This document shows, piece after piece, positions 34,393-51,700 of a stretch of DNA of 64,000 nucleotides; the stretch's first letter is position 1; each line of letters opens with the position of its first letter. Where the stretch lies: NCBI RefSeq assembly GCF_009914755.1, contig NC_060938.1, one strand, 5' to 3'. The position numbers and the translations under genes are program-made. Under the pieces are notes generated by a model that saw only the letters and a program-made list of their open reading frames with translations, ran no database searches and was not told the DNA's origin. This DNA comes from the human T2T-CHM13v2.0 reference genome, Homo sapiens.

Positions 34393-34573
34393 CTAACTGG
34401 ACGTTCCTGGCTTCGTAGCAGTTGTCACAGACCCGCACTGGCGCAGGGCCCCAGCCCCGCTCAGGCACTGGCCGAGTCTTTGATGAACAGCTGTCACAGA
34501 AGCCCTCCCCACAGGCTCGGCAGTGATGCTTAGTGTCGTTATCTTTAAAGGACGTCGCACACTTGTTGCAGCT
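34393..34573 (-). CDS. ZFYVE1: ZFYVE1 exon: first FYVE finger SCNKCATSFKDNDTKHHCRACG...RVCDNCYEARNVQL
   Basis: gaacAG / GTAACG boundaries; ORF 34133..34621. Confidence 0.96.
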
Positions 34574-35164
34574 CTGTTCCAAGCCCAAAACAAAACAGAG
34601 AGGCAGGTAGGTATGGTACATGTCTGCTCAGCTGAGAAAGTCAACAAGACCCCGGAGCAAGCAGAAACTAAGGCAGGTGGCGTTAGCTCAACAAGGACAA
34701 GAGCTTTCTAGTAACGCGTTATCTGAGAATGGAAAGGAAGCCTGGTGGACAGTGAGTTTCCTTTCACTAAGTGTCTGGGTTGAAGCTGGGTGCTCTCTTG
34801 CTCTGGGTGCTGTAGCGTTAATGGATCAAGCTGAGGATGACCCTAAATAACCTCTAAAGACCCCTTTTCCTCCAGATTCTTATCTGGGTCCTCACATATC
34901 TAAGCAATATTCACTGGTCGTCACACACAAGGAAACTAAAACTCACCAAACAGAAAATACTTGCAGGAAAACACGAAGGGAAATCAATGGGCAAAGAGAA
35001 ACTGGCTGCCTCAACGACTCCTCCCCTTGCCGGTACTCACAGAGCTCACTGCACTGGCAGAAAATGTTTGCGTCTCCCTCACAGAACAAGCTTAGCACAG
35101 GGCAAAGCGGCATTAAGTAGGATGGGCTGTGCCAGGAGTGGAGGGGCATCCTGGCACACCATAC

Positions 35165-35335
35165 CAGAATCTGGGAGTTGGGCCTCCAGTAGGCAGGGGC
35201 GATCTGGTCTGTCAGCCAGGAAGTCACAGCCTTGGTGGGTCCAAGGCTAAGCTCGGACACCGACTGAGCCATGAAGTTCATCCCGTCCAACAGGCGCTGG
35301 GCAGCATTGTTGTTGTCCTTCAGAAACCCATCAGT
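35165..35335 (-). CDS. ZFYVE1: ZFYVE1 exon: TDGFLKDNNNAAQRLLDGMNF...AYWRPNSQIL
   Basis: ttcAG / GTATGG boundaries; 171 nt phase 0-0. Confidence 0.95.
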
Positions 35336-36179
35336 CTGAAATGAAAACGCAGGCTTCCATCATGCTCTGAGAAGGGAGTGAAAGGAAGGAGGAAGAGGGA
35401 TGTTTGGTGAGTTGCACACTCACCGTGGCCAACTCAGAACCACTAACTCCCTGGCAGGGAAGAACGGAGACACACCAGGAATCCCTCTGGCTTTATTCTC
35501 TTCAAAGTGACCATAAGACTTGATGTGTAGCTGTTCAATTCAGGACTTACTAAGCCCATATAATACAGGAGATGACACCTCCTCCAGGGGGCCCCGCACC
35601 GCAGGCTGAGTTAAGAACCTTTCCTCTCAGTTCTTCTAATACTTGGACATCTCTAGGAATCCTATTTCTGTGTGTCTAAGTACAATATCCATTTAGGTAT
35701 CTGACTTCCCTATTAAACTCTGAACTCCCTGACAATAACTCTTTGTCATTTTTGTATTTTGTAAAGTAACTAGCTCAGTGCTGGGCACAAGGTACACAAC
35801 AATGTATGCTGAATAATGAATGAAGGAAGGAAGGAAGGAAGGAGCAAACAAACAGCAGGGAAGGCATCTGTATCCTCCTAATTTCGAGGACTGTGAAGAA
35901 TGTGACCTGAGAGTAAATTACTGCAGTCCTGTTTTCCTGGAACATAAACTATCTTACCACCTTTACTTTCTCGCTATAAGGCCACGTTAAATCCTTGGGA
36001 CATAATGGAATAAACCATTATGCCAAGGAGGTGGGCTCCCATAATGAGACTACTATATAATAACAGATTTCAGTGGGCCAGAAAATTAGAAAAAGGAGGA
36101 GAAAAATAAGGAAATCGGCCGGGTGCGATGGCTCACGCCTGTAATCCCAGCATTTTGGGAGGCCGAGGTAGGTGGATCA

Positions 36180-36434
<255 letters not shown>

Positions 36435-36874
36435 TCAGTTTTATGGTACCTATAGGATCCAGGAAAGCTCAGGAGAGGACCTGCAGGTAGAACTCCTAGG
36501 CTGAACGGTGGCTTTAGGAATCACCCAGCGAGGACAATGACACAGAGTAAAATAAGTCCCTCAGGGATAATCACTTGCCTTTTTTCCATGAAAGGAAAAG
36601 GTTTTGGATTTGTTGTGATTTATGGACAATGCTAAGTGTGAACAGTGATTTAATGCAGAATGAAAGCATGATATCACTGCCTCACAAACAGATTTGTATT
36701 TCTGACATCTGGAATTCAAAAGTTAAAAAATAATCATTAAACTGGGCGCGGTGGCTCACGCCCATAATCCCAGCCCTTTGGGAGGCCGAGGTGGGCAGGT
36801 CACCTGAGGTCGGGAGTTTGAAACCAGCCTGACCAACATGGAGAAACCCTGTCTTTACTGAAAATACAAAATTA

Positions 36875-37027
<153 letters not shown>

Positions 37028-37540
37028 TCAAAAAAAAAAAGATTAAGCGTCTATAGGAATCCCACTTCTTAGAATATACTTCAAGAAAATTTCCTATAAC
37101 AAAAAAATGGCTTTCTTACACGAAGATGGTGACTAGCATTTTAATGATCTTTTTAAAAAGGTGGAAATAAAACTAAATAAAATAGCATTGTGAGGAAAAA
37201 AAGCAGGAAAAAGGCATGTAAATATTTGCATCTAGAAAAACATACACATATAGAAAATGAATGAGTAGAACATGCAAAAACGTTTTATTTGCCAAAGGAG
37301 TAAAACTATAGATTTTTAGTTTATTTCATTTAAAGTTGTACTTCTAATATATATGCAAGAAAAAATAAAAACAATTTTGGTCTAGAGAACAAAAAAGCTC
37401 TCCAGATCATGCCTTTCTAAACCGCCAACATTCTGAAATTCATGGTTAACCTTAATTTTAAGCAGGTTCCAGTTTTCTATACACATGAAAAACTGAACGA
37501 CACAAGATAAAGAAAAACAGAGAAATCCAACAGTTCTTAC

Positions 37541-37658
37541 TCCAGGCCACACATGCACAATCTCTGTCCGCACCACCGTATCCACAGGATCTTGGTTTCC
37601 AAACCAGTACTGCCGACTACGATAGACCACGCCACAGTTAGGACATTCGATCACATAC
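37541..37658 (-). CDS. ZFYVE1: ZFYVE1 exon: YVIECPNCGVVYRSRQYWFGNQDPVDTVVRTEIVHVWPG
   Basis: tgtAG / GTAAGA boundaries; ORF 37382..37750. Confidence 0.95.
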
Positions 37659-37750
37659 CTACAAGGAAAGCAAATCAATACTGTTACCCAGCCAGGTGCC
37701 TGGGGAGACAAACGCACCAGAAAACCTTGAGCCATGTTGTTTAAACTCAC

Positions 37751-37848
37751 CCAGACCAGGCATATTTTGCGAGACCCATCCAGGGGGAGTCAGTGGAAGC
37801 AGATGTTTTGGGCACTACACTGACTTCCTCGCCTCTCTCATAGCAGGC
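37751..37848 (-). CDS. ZFYVE1: ZFYVE1 exon: ACYERGEEVSVVPKTSASTDSPWMGLAKYAWS(G)
   Basis: tttcAG / GTGAGT boundaries; 98 nt, phases consistent. Confidence 0.94.
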
Positions 37849-37985
37849 CTGAAACAGGAAACACTCTGCTAGCTTATTGTTTGTTTTTTGTTTGTTTTTT
37901 TAATAGACACGGGGTTTTACCAGCCCAGGCTGGTTGTGAACTCCTGGGCTCAAGCAATCTGCCCGATCTCAGGAGTTCGAGATCA

Positions 37986-38273
<288 letters not shown>

Positions 38274-38474
38274 TTAAAACAGTAAACAAAGGGACCCTCA
38301 CCAATGAAGACATGTGAGTGCTTTTTGTTAGAGCTGGAGAGAAGTTCCAGAAATATTCAATTTGAATATCAAATACTTCAGCATGCAGCAAAAAATGGCC
38401 CCAAGATAGTCTTGCCAAAGAGAGAGTGGTCAGCAAGCCCGCTGCTGACACAGGGAGGAGCTCGGAGGACTCAC

Positions 38475-38583
38475 CTTGCAGGTATACACTCGGTTGTCAT
38501 ACTGGTGGGAGTATCTGCAGCGGCTCTTGGCTTCATGAGGCACTCCTTCCTTCCCATGATTCATGCTTTTCTTACATCCAACC
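38475..38583 (-). CDS. ZFYVE1: ZFYVE1 exon: VGCKKSMNHGKEGVPHEAKSRCRYSHQYDNRVYTCK
   Basis: ttcAG / GTGAGT boundaries; ORF 38430..38813. Confidence 0.95.
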
Positions 38584-40094
38584 CTGAATGAAGCCCAAAG
38601 ACTGACAATGAGACGGCTAAAGGAGCCAGTGCCACTTACACAGAACAGCCTGACCCTGAGCCAGGCACAAGGCCACGACCAGACCTTGATTACTAACTGG
38701 GCCTCAGATGCTGAACACAGAAAGGGTAGCCGGAAACCCACATGCCTCTTTGTTACACTTGCAATCAACAGCACTACAGAGGCACAGCGACTACTATCCT
38801 TGTATGAGGACACAGGGGAAAAAGAAATCTCAGCCGGGCACGGTGGCTCACGTCTGTAATCCCAGTACTTTGGGAGGCCGACGGGGGCAGATCACTTCAG
38901 GTCAGAAGTTCAAGACCAGCCTAGCCAACATGGTGAAACATCGACTCTACCAAAAATACAAAACTTAGCCGGGCATGGTGGCGGGCACCCATAGTCCCAG
39001 GTACTCGGGAGGCTGAGGCAGGAGAATCGCTTGAACCCAGGAGGTGGAGGTTGCAGTGAGTTCAAGACCAGCCTGACCAACATGGAGAAACCCCGTCTCT
39101 ACTAAAAATACAAAAAAATTAGCCAGGCATAGTGGCTCATGCCTGTAATCCCAGCTACTCAGGAGGCTGAGGCAGGAGAATCACTTGAATCCAGGAGGCG
39201 GAGGTTGCAGTAAGCCAAGATCACACCGCTATACTCCAGCCTGGGCAACAGCGAGACTCTGTCTTTAAAAAAAAAAAAAAAAATACACCCAGAAATCCCT
39301 TGTTGGAAAAACTACCTGTCCCCTCAGCAGAAATGGAGGAGCCATAAGATACCAACTTGACCAGAGAGGAAACCTGAACGTCTCTCAGAAGACTCAAAAA
39401 ATCCAAACAAGATGAAATGGAACGTTTACCCAGAACAGGCTGCCAAGATGCAAAATGAAAACCAACCCCAAAATTTGGCAATGCATTAAGGGGAGGCTTA
39501 GGCTGAACAAGCCTTCCAAATGAACAATGAGCTCTGCCATCCTGATAATGCAAAAACAGAGATCAGGACTTTAGAATTTCACTATGATAAAAGGGAAAGT
39601 TCCAGAAATCCTGGGGAGGCTCACAATGGGAAAGCAATGATCCAACAGTGCTTAAGTCTCTTGTGCTGGGCTCATGGGGCATGCAAAAAGGAAGGTAAGT
39701 CACACTGTCAACTAACATCCCTCTCCCCTTTCCAAACTGAACTCTCCAAGATAATCCTTAGTTCTCCCTTGCCCAGGCTGTATAATCCAAGAAGCAGGTC
39801 TTTTTCTCGGCAAGGTCAGAGGTGGTTCTGCATGCAGCAGGTGGCCTACAGGACTCAAAGTGAAATGACCATTCATAACAGATGTAGGTCAGGTCTACTC
39901 CTGTAAAAGGAGAAGTGTGCAGGACAGGGTGGTTCTGGTAGAAGCAAAGACAATTTGGTAGTGAAGAGTGGAAGGGATTGTCTACAGGACATGGAGGCTG
40001 CCATCTGACCTCGACACACTGCATTTAAATCCCCTGGGGCCCATCAGACAAGTCACCACACTGATTTAACAGCCATCAACAGTTCAAACTAATC

Positions 40095-41350
<1,256 letters not shown>

Positions 41351-41402
41351 AGGCTCTATTCTCAAGGTATGGGGTGGGAGGTGGGGGAGCGGCCTTACTT
41401 AC

Positions 41403-41509
41403 CCACAGCTGAGGCACAAGGAGGAGCAGGTGAAATACTCATCTGGAAAAAAGGAGCTGTGCGCCATCTGGTCATCGGGGATCTCACCGCTGAAGCGGTC
41501 ACTTAGTGC
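41403..41509 (-). CDS. ZFYVE1: ZFYVE1 exon: ALSDRFSGEIPDDQMAHSSFFPDEYFTCSSLCLSC(G)
   Basis: ggcAG / GTAAGT boundaries; 107 nt, phases consistent. Confidence 0.94.
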
Positions 41510-42476
41510 CTGCCAAGGAGGGAAGGTGACATATGATGGCACTCAGTAGAGAGCTCCGCACTTTGGCCCCCCACTGCAGGCACCGTACAAGCAACACAGG
41601 CACAGAAGAAATCCAGTAACTTCTGCTCATTACCCTTGACCTTCCTGACCCCACTCACATCAGTCCTTACCATGGGAAACCTTGGAAAGAACCAGCCCAT
41701 TCCCCAAGAGGTCAAGATAAGCAAAGTTACTGTTCTCCCCTAATTGCCTTGCAGGTTATAAACACCTCACACCACTCAGTCTTTTATTCAAGACCACCAC
41801 AAATAATGATGAATGCCCATTTCATCTATGTGAGGCTGGAACCAAGAAACCAAGACTCACGAGGATGGCTCCTCTTTAAGCCACAGGCAGAGCCCAGATG
41901 TGATCTGTGAGTTTCCCGGGCTTCTATCCCAGCTATAACCACAGGCACTTACTTGGAGTTTACTAGACCATAGACAAACTCAAAGCAGGAAAAATGTCAC
42001 CAGAAAAAAAAAAAAGAAGAAGAATTATTATAGTGTTTGCCAGTCATTTATCAACTCTACCAACCCCCAAAACAGACATTACCCAAAGGACAGCAAATGG
42101 CCAAAATAAATGCCAAGAAGATAACATATCCACAAAGCAAACTGAAAATTTCAGGTTGAAATGTAGCTTCCATTCCTAATCCTATCTTCACTTATTACTG
42201 GATATTGAAAGTATTCCTCAGGCTAATTACAGAAAGGCGCTTTCCACACTTTAGAAATCACTAAGCACATGCTGCTCCAAGCTTCTAACTTTCAGTCCAG
42301 CCCCAGTGTGAAGAAGCCAGGCATTATCCAAGGGAAAATAAGGGAAAGAAGCCTTAACAAAAGGACAATATGTTACTTCCTTCCATAAACGGGCAGAAGA
42401 GAATTTTAAAGGAGATCTGGAAAAAGGGCAGGTTAGGTTTTAAACGAAGAACAATTAGAACTTTTTTTTTTTTTGA

Positions 42477-42677
<201 letters not shown>

Positions 42678-42810
42678 TGAACTCCAGGCCTCAGGTGATC
42701 CACCCGCCTCGGCCTCACAAAGTGCTGGGATTACAGACGTAAGCCACCATGCTCAGCTGAACAATTAGAACTTCTTATGCAAGGTTCCTTTTCCTGTTTC
42801 CAATGCAGTC

Positions 42811-43552
42811 TTTTTTTTTTTTTAATTATATTTTAAGTTCTAGAGTACATGAGCACAACGTGCAGGTTTGTTACATACGTATACATGTGCCACGTTGGTG
42901 TGCTGCACCCATTAACTCGTCATTTACATTAGGTGTATCTCCTAATGCTATCCTTCCCCCCTCCCCCCCACCCCACCACAGGCCTCGATGTGTGATGTTC
43001 CCCCCCTTCCTGTGTCCAAGTGTTCTCATTGTTCAATTCCCACCTATAAGTGAGAACATGCGGTGTTTGGTTTTTTGTCCTTGCAATAGTTTGCTGAGAA
43101 TGATGGTTTCCAGCTTCATCCATGTCCCTACAAAGGACATGAACTCATCCTTTTTTATGGCTGCATAGTATTCCATGGTGTATATGTGCCACATTTTCTT
43201 AATCCAGTCTATCATTGATGGACATTTGGGTTGGTTCCAAGTCTTTGCTATTGTGAATAGTGCCGCAATAAACATACGTGTGCATGTGTCTTTGTAGCAG
43301 CATGATTTATAATCCTTTGGGTATATACCCAGTAATGGGATGGCTGGGTCAAATGGTATTTCTAGTTCTAGATTCTTGAGGAATCGCCACGCTGGTTGAA
43401 CTAGTTTACAGTCCCACCAACAGTGTAAAAGTGTTCCTATTTCTCCACATCCTCTCCAGTATCTGTTGTTTCCTGGCCATCAGAGAAATGCAAATCAAAA
43501 CCACAATGAGATACCATCTCACACCAGTTAGAATGGCGATCATTAAAAAGTC
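42811..43552 (-). mobile_element. 5'-truncated, 5'-inverted L1PA element
   Basis: L1 3'UTR plus ORF2p C-terminus (ORF 43033..43275 ...HRMFSLIGGN); inverted segment 43473-43552; TSD tccaatgcagtctt. Confidence 0.92.
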
Positions 43553-44754
43553 CAATGCAGTCTTAACACCAGGAGTTGCAAACTCAAGTCCCTACAAAGG
43601 CACGTAATATCAATGTTGAGTCAGGTCAGGTGTAGGACCAGAATAGTGGCAAGGAGTGGGTCAAACTGAAGGTACACAACTCACCCAAGGACATTCTCAC
43701 TCAGGTCCTGCAGGGCTACTGCAGAGGCCATAGAACACCATCCGTCAGCCACGGCTGACCAAGCGGCAACCCTGGACTTCAAACAACAAAAAAAATGGTC
43801 TGACAAATAACGCATAAGTCCTATACTTTTTGGGGGTACTTTGATAAAGAGTTAAAACATGGGGCCAGGCACGGTGGCTCATGCCTGTAATCCCAGCATT
43901 TTGGGAGGCCAAGGTGGGTGGATCACGAGGTCAGGAGTTCGAGACCAGCCTGTCCAGCATGGTGAAACCCCATCTCTACTAAAAATACAAAAATTAGCTG
44001 GGCGTGGTGGCGGGCGCCTGTAATCCCAGCTACTCAGGAGACTGAGGCAGGAGAATCATTTGAACCCGGGAGGCGGACGTTACAGTGAGCCAAGATCACG
44101 CCATTGCACTCCAGCCTGGGTGACAGGGTGAGACTCCGTCTCAAAAAAAAAAAAAATTGAAAACATGAAGATCTTGAAAGAGGATATGAATGAATATATA
44201 GAAATGCTGAGAATAAATGAGAAGCAGGGCAAGTGGAATTATAAGTCGGCCTATACATTTCAGCCTATACAGCGTTCTCTCTCCTGCTTCTACCTGAGAC
44301 CCATTCTTCAGGGATGTTTGTGGTCTCACCTCTTCCAATGAAGCCTCTCCAACCACATCACTCTCTGCCTTCTCTGACAGCCCATTGTACTCAATACTGT
44401 AACTCGGTATTAAATAATTAGGCAATGATGCAAAGCTATGGGTTTGCTGTATTTTATCTCCAGGACTAGATCATAAATACTGTGAAAGCAGCTTCCTACC
44501 TTTGCATCCTCCTCCAAATCCTAGCAAAGGACCTAACAGGTACTCAGCTAGAACTGCTGGAATAAGTGCCCAGCACCAACTCCCCTTCACAAACCAACCT
44601 TGCCCTCCTCCTCTCCTGGCCCTGCCCTTGCCCTAGGCTTCTTTCATCCCATCCCCAGAGGTCCTCTCAAATTTAAGGCTAACTACTCCCTAACTGGCCA
44701 AATTATCAATAACTCTCCAGGCTGTTTCTCAAAGATATGTACAGAACACTCTGA

Positions 44755-45252
<498 letters not shown>

Positions 45253-46308
45253 TGAAGTATCTAATGAGATGATACAGAAAGAAAAAAAGAGGAGACACAG
45301 CTAAGGAATATAGAAGCCACTACAGAAGGTATAGAGAACACCAAAGAATAGCAATTATTATTTAAAAAAAAAAAAAGAATAGCAAATTATTTTTTATTAT
45401 TTTCATTTTTTAAAATGAGACAGGGTCTTACTATGTTGCCCAGGCTGGTCTCCTGGACTCAAGCCATTCTCCTGCCTCAGCCTTCCAAACTGCTGGGATT
45501 ATAGGCGTGAGCCACTGTGCCCAGCCAAGAATAGCAATTTTTAGCCGCAGAGTTTTTCTTTTAAACAGGTAACTGAAAGGCTAGCCTAAGTATTGGTTTT
45601 CCTAAGGACAAATGATATAAATCTGGCATGAGTGCAACAGCTGGGTTGAATTCACAGAGGATGCCAACTCCCAGTAAATGGGAAATTAGGATCCAATACA
45701 GCGTAAGGTTCTTACTGTTTCAACCCAAGTGACCTGGTTCACTTCTCTGAAAGTTCTTCAGAGAAATGGGGGCATTTGTAAGTATCTCAAGGCTTGGTGT
45801 GAAACAATCTGCAGCCTGATTTGCCACAGTACATATGCCATCATTCCCTGCCCTAGACAAATGAACTGTTGGCTTATGTTGTCCAAGGTAACAGGTAACC
45901 ACTTATGACATAAGAAAGAGACTCCAGGCAAGCCAGCCTTCAGATGCTGGCCACTGACACTCTTGCATATGAGGTAAGAACAAGCATCTCACTCGTTCAC
46001 AAGTCACAGCCTGACTAATGAATCAGACCTTGACAAGTTTCAGGAGGCTTTACAAGAATCAAGAGTGTGGGAAAATAACAGTAACTGTTAAAAAAAAAAA
46101 AAAAAATCCAACGTTAGCATGTTTTAGATGCAAGAGTAGGGAGAAACTCCTCTTTTAGAATCTAATCAGCTTTTCCTTTTTTTTTTTTTTTTGAGACAGA
46201 GTCTCGCTCTATCACCCAGGCTGGGTGCAGTGGCGTGATCTTGGCTCACTGCAATCTCCGCCTCCCAAGTAGCTGGGACTACAGGCGCGTGCCACCATGC
46301 CCAGCTGA

Positions 46309-46443
<135 letters not shown>

Positions 46444-48040
46444 TGATTTTTCTTTACATACCACCTGATCCATATACTTATTAGCAGGTTCAAAAATTCC
46501 AAACCTCACATCATTCCACAGTTTCTTGGGTTCTCCTCCTCCTGAGATCCCAAAGCTAGAAGAGAAAGGCAGGGAAGGGCCCACCTACCCCAAGAAAGCT
46601 TGGGAAAGCATTTGAGGCAAGTCTGGAAAAGGTTGCCTGGAGACCAGATGATCTTGAACTTTAGTTGCCTTGACAACAGTGTGGCTCTTTCTATTGTATC
46701 TATAGGGCTGGCCCCAGTCATCAAGGGCTAGCAATGAATTTCCTGACTCAAAAGGGACACACTTCTGTCATCAGTGACATCACACCCCAACAAAACATAA
46801 CTTTATAAATACTTCATAAATGCTTCCCGATGTGACAGAATTGGAACGTCAAGAGTTTCTACATTTAGAGCTCAGAGGTTAAAGAAGGTACATAAAGGCT
46901 GGGCACAGTGGATCACTCCTGGTAATCCCATCACTTTGGGAGGCCAAGGCAGACAGATACCTCAAGCTCAGGAGTTCAAGACCAGCCTGGGCAACAGGCA
47001 AAAACCCTGTCTCTACAAAAAATACAAAAATTAGCCAGGTGTGGTGGCGTGTGCCTGTTAGTCCTAGCTACTTGAGAGGCTGCGGTGGGATGATGGCTTG
47101 GGCCCAGGAGGCAGAGGTTGCAATGAGTCTAGATGGTGCCTAGGGGACACAGAGCCAGACCCTGTCTTAAAAAAAAAAATTAAGACAAAATTACATAAAA
47201 CCTATACAAATTCAACTATGAAATGGTTCTCCCAACTATTCAGAACTGTAAGTACAGACAACCATAGTTAACTCAATATTCAATTCCAGTATTGAATATT
47301 AATTCCTCTATTCGATAGAGACCTGAGCATTTATTTCCTGCAAGCAGGTTTATCTGCTCAGTGCAGGTATGCGCTGCTTGTAGGTATCTGGGCTGTTGCT
47401 ATTGTGGACCCTGAGCAAAGGAGTCAAGAAATGGGACATAAGCCAGCTAGAAAAAAAGGGGCCTGGGGCCTGCACAACAGTGTGGCTGAATGACATCAAA
47501 AGTGATCCTGTCAGCAGGAGGAATAGAGAAACCACTCCCAGGTATGTATGGGCAAGCCACTAGGGCAGAAAACAGCTGCATAGCTCTCTCTCTGTCTCTC
47601 TCTCACACACACACATATGTGCATGCATGTGTGCACACCAAAAACTGTTCTTCTCATTCATCACATTTCCAAATCCACATTTCCCGGTCAATAATAAACA
47701 CAAAAAGTAGTACTTTGACTTCCTTTGAATCCAACAGAGTACTGCATCAATCAGGTGGAACTTCAAAAATAAGATAGGGCTAACAACATTTTTTTTTTTT
47801 TTTTTGAGACAGAGTCTTGCTCTGTCACCCAGGCTAGAGTGTAGTGGCACAATCTGAGCTCACTGCAACCTCCGTCTCCGGGGTTCAAGGGATTCTCCTG
47901 ATTCAGCCTCCCGGGTAGCTGGGATTACAGGCACACACCATCACGGCTGGCTAATTTTTGTATTTTTCACAGAGATGGGGTTTTGCCGTGTTGGCCAGGC
48001 TGGTCTCGAACTCGTGACCTCAGGTGATCTGCCTGCTTCA

Positions 48041-48274
<234 letters not shown>

Positions 48275-49967
48275 CTAGGCATGGTGGTGTGTGCCCGTAA
48301 TCCAGGCTACTTGGGAGGCTGAGGCATGAGAATCACTTGAACCTGGGAGTCAGAGGTTTCAGTGAGCCAAGTTTGCATCACTGTACTCCAGCCTGAGTGA
48401 CAGAGCAAGACTCTGTCTCAAAAAAAAAAAAAAAAAGTGAAAATAAACCAAATCATAGAATAATATAAATGGTATGATCTCATTTATGAAGGATATATAT
48501 ACATACACGCACATGCACTTTTACAGCATTTGCAATTTCTTCTTTTTTTTTTTTTTTTTTTTGAGACAGTCTTGCTGTGTCGCCCAGGACAGAGTACAAT
48601 GGCGCAATCTCAGCAAACTGCAACCTCCACCTCCAGGGGTTCAAGCCATTCTGCCTCAGCATCCCAAGTAGCTGGGACTACAGGCACCCGCCACCACACC
48701 CAGCTAATTTTTGTATTTTTAATAGAGATGGGGTTTCACTATGTTGGCCAGGCTGCTCTTGAACTCCTGACCTCGTGATCTGCCTGTCTCAGCCTCCCAA
48801 AGTGCTGGGATTACAGGCATGAGCCACAGCACCCAGCCAGCATTTGCAATTTCTATAAGCATATATAATAAACTACTAATAATGGTTATCTGCAGAGTTA
48901 GAAAAGGACACTAGGCAGGGGAAAAGGATTTAACTTTACTATGATCCCATTTATTCAGGAAGAAAAACATACATTATAACATATATTTATGCATGTGCTT
49001 ACACAGCAATAAAAATTTCTAGACACTTATGTGAGAAAGTATTAAGAGTTAGCTCTACAGACTGAGGAGGGGGGAGGTAGGGGAAGGAAAGGGGACTTAA
49101 GTCTCATACATTCTGCAGTACTTGAATTGTTTATCATGAATATGCATTGCTTTTATAATTTTTAAAATGACATCTCTGTTTTAATTAAAATAACCAAATA
49201 CTCAAATATAACTGACAGTATGTATCAGGAACCTTTTAAAATGGTCCCATCCTCTGACCTCTTTAGAAGCGAAATAACTATTGGGAAGGAATACAGCATG
49301 AAGTTAAAAGCTCTTGGGGCCTGGTGCAGTGGCTGTGAGAGGCTGGAGTACAGTGAGCTGTGATCACACCACTGCACTCCAGCCTGGGCAACAGAGCAAG
49401 ACCCTGTCTCAAAAGAAAAAAAAAGAAAAAGAAAAAAAGAAAGAAAAAATGGGAGATTCAAGAAATCAAACAAATTATTCTGACGTGTCATTTATCTGTT
49501 TATACCCACCCCAACTCTTTTATCTCAAAAGGACTCAAGGCTACTAATAAAAAAAAATTAATACAACAGCATAAAACAAAATAAAAACAAGTGGAGAAGA
49601 AAAGACAGCCATTTATATTATACACTGCTATGAACTATGAAAACTTTAGTTAGAGTCTATTTTAACAATAAAACTCTACTTGGTCAATTTGCCTAAGGCA
49701 GACCTTAAAAGTGGCTATTAGAGTGATAACCAGAGAATTAAGCATTTTTAATTTAAAGGATGTTTAAAACAAAAAAGTACAAAACCAATTTTTTCAAAGA
49801 TTTGGGTAAACTGCAACAACTGCAAAATTCTCTAGGGAGAACCCAAATCACAAGCTTAAACAAATTGACTCCTTCCCATAGACAAAAGAATTCAGTCCCA
49901 TAGCTCAGTATAGCACAGCCCCTATACCTCAGAGAATAGAAAATATCAGATCTCGGTGAAATTTTGA

Positions 49968-50261
<294 letters not shown>

Positions 50262-50264
50262 TGA

Positions 50265-50540
<276 letters not shown>

Positions 50541-50740
50541 TAGCCTCACGTGACCTGCCCACCTCCGCCTCTCAAAGTGCTGGGAATGATTACAGGCATG
50601 AGCCACCTCACCCGACAGACCAGGTTCATTTTAATCGCAGAAAGCTTGGTGACGCTTACCACCTCGGAAGAATACAGTCTAACTATTTTTCTCAAAGCCA
50701 GTAATAAATTGGCCTGAGGTAGGACATCCAAGACTTCTGA

Positions 50741-51007
<267 letters not shown>

Positions 51008-51490
51008 TAGCCAGGATGGTCTCGATCTCCTGACCTCGTGATCCGCCCGCCTCGGCTTCCCAAAGTGCTGGGATTACAGGCGTGAGCCACCGCGCCCGGC
51101 CCCTGATGGTCTTACTTAAACATTAATCTGGGTTAGCTTCCAGAAGAGCAAAGGAGCTGCTATAATCCAGCCTCTGGCCTATTTGCCTTATAATGCACAG
51201 TGATCAGATTTACAGCCCCTTTGCCTGATTCAGCGTCTTTTCAGAATGTTTGCATTAGGTAAGCGTCATCTTCCGTTTTCACTGCCTTTGAGCCACTACA
51301 AGGACATTATTAGCCAATACAACTAAGTGCACTTGAACTTCAAATTCTAACTGGAAATGTATGTATTTCATGAATTATTCAAATGTAATCATTTTCAATA
51401 GTTTTTCCTTAATATTATTCACAATTAACATTCACTGAACATTTTTACTATATAACAAGTACTTTGTCTCTTAAGTATGCTTTCATTTAA

Positions 51491-51700
<210 letters not shown>

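Noticed and set aside
43033-43275. Open 80-aa ORF matching L1 ORF2p
   Set aside because: C-terminal remnant of a truncated L1 with no promoter, EN or RT domain
47275-47300. AATATTCAAT-tccagt-ATTGAATATT inverted repeat
   Set aside because: A 10-bp AT-rich stem is plausible by chance in 64 kb; too short for a pre-miRNA
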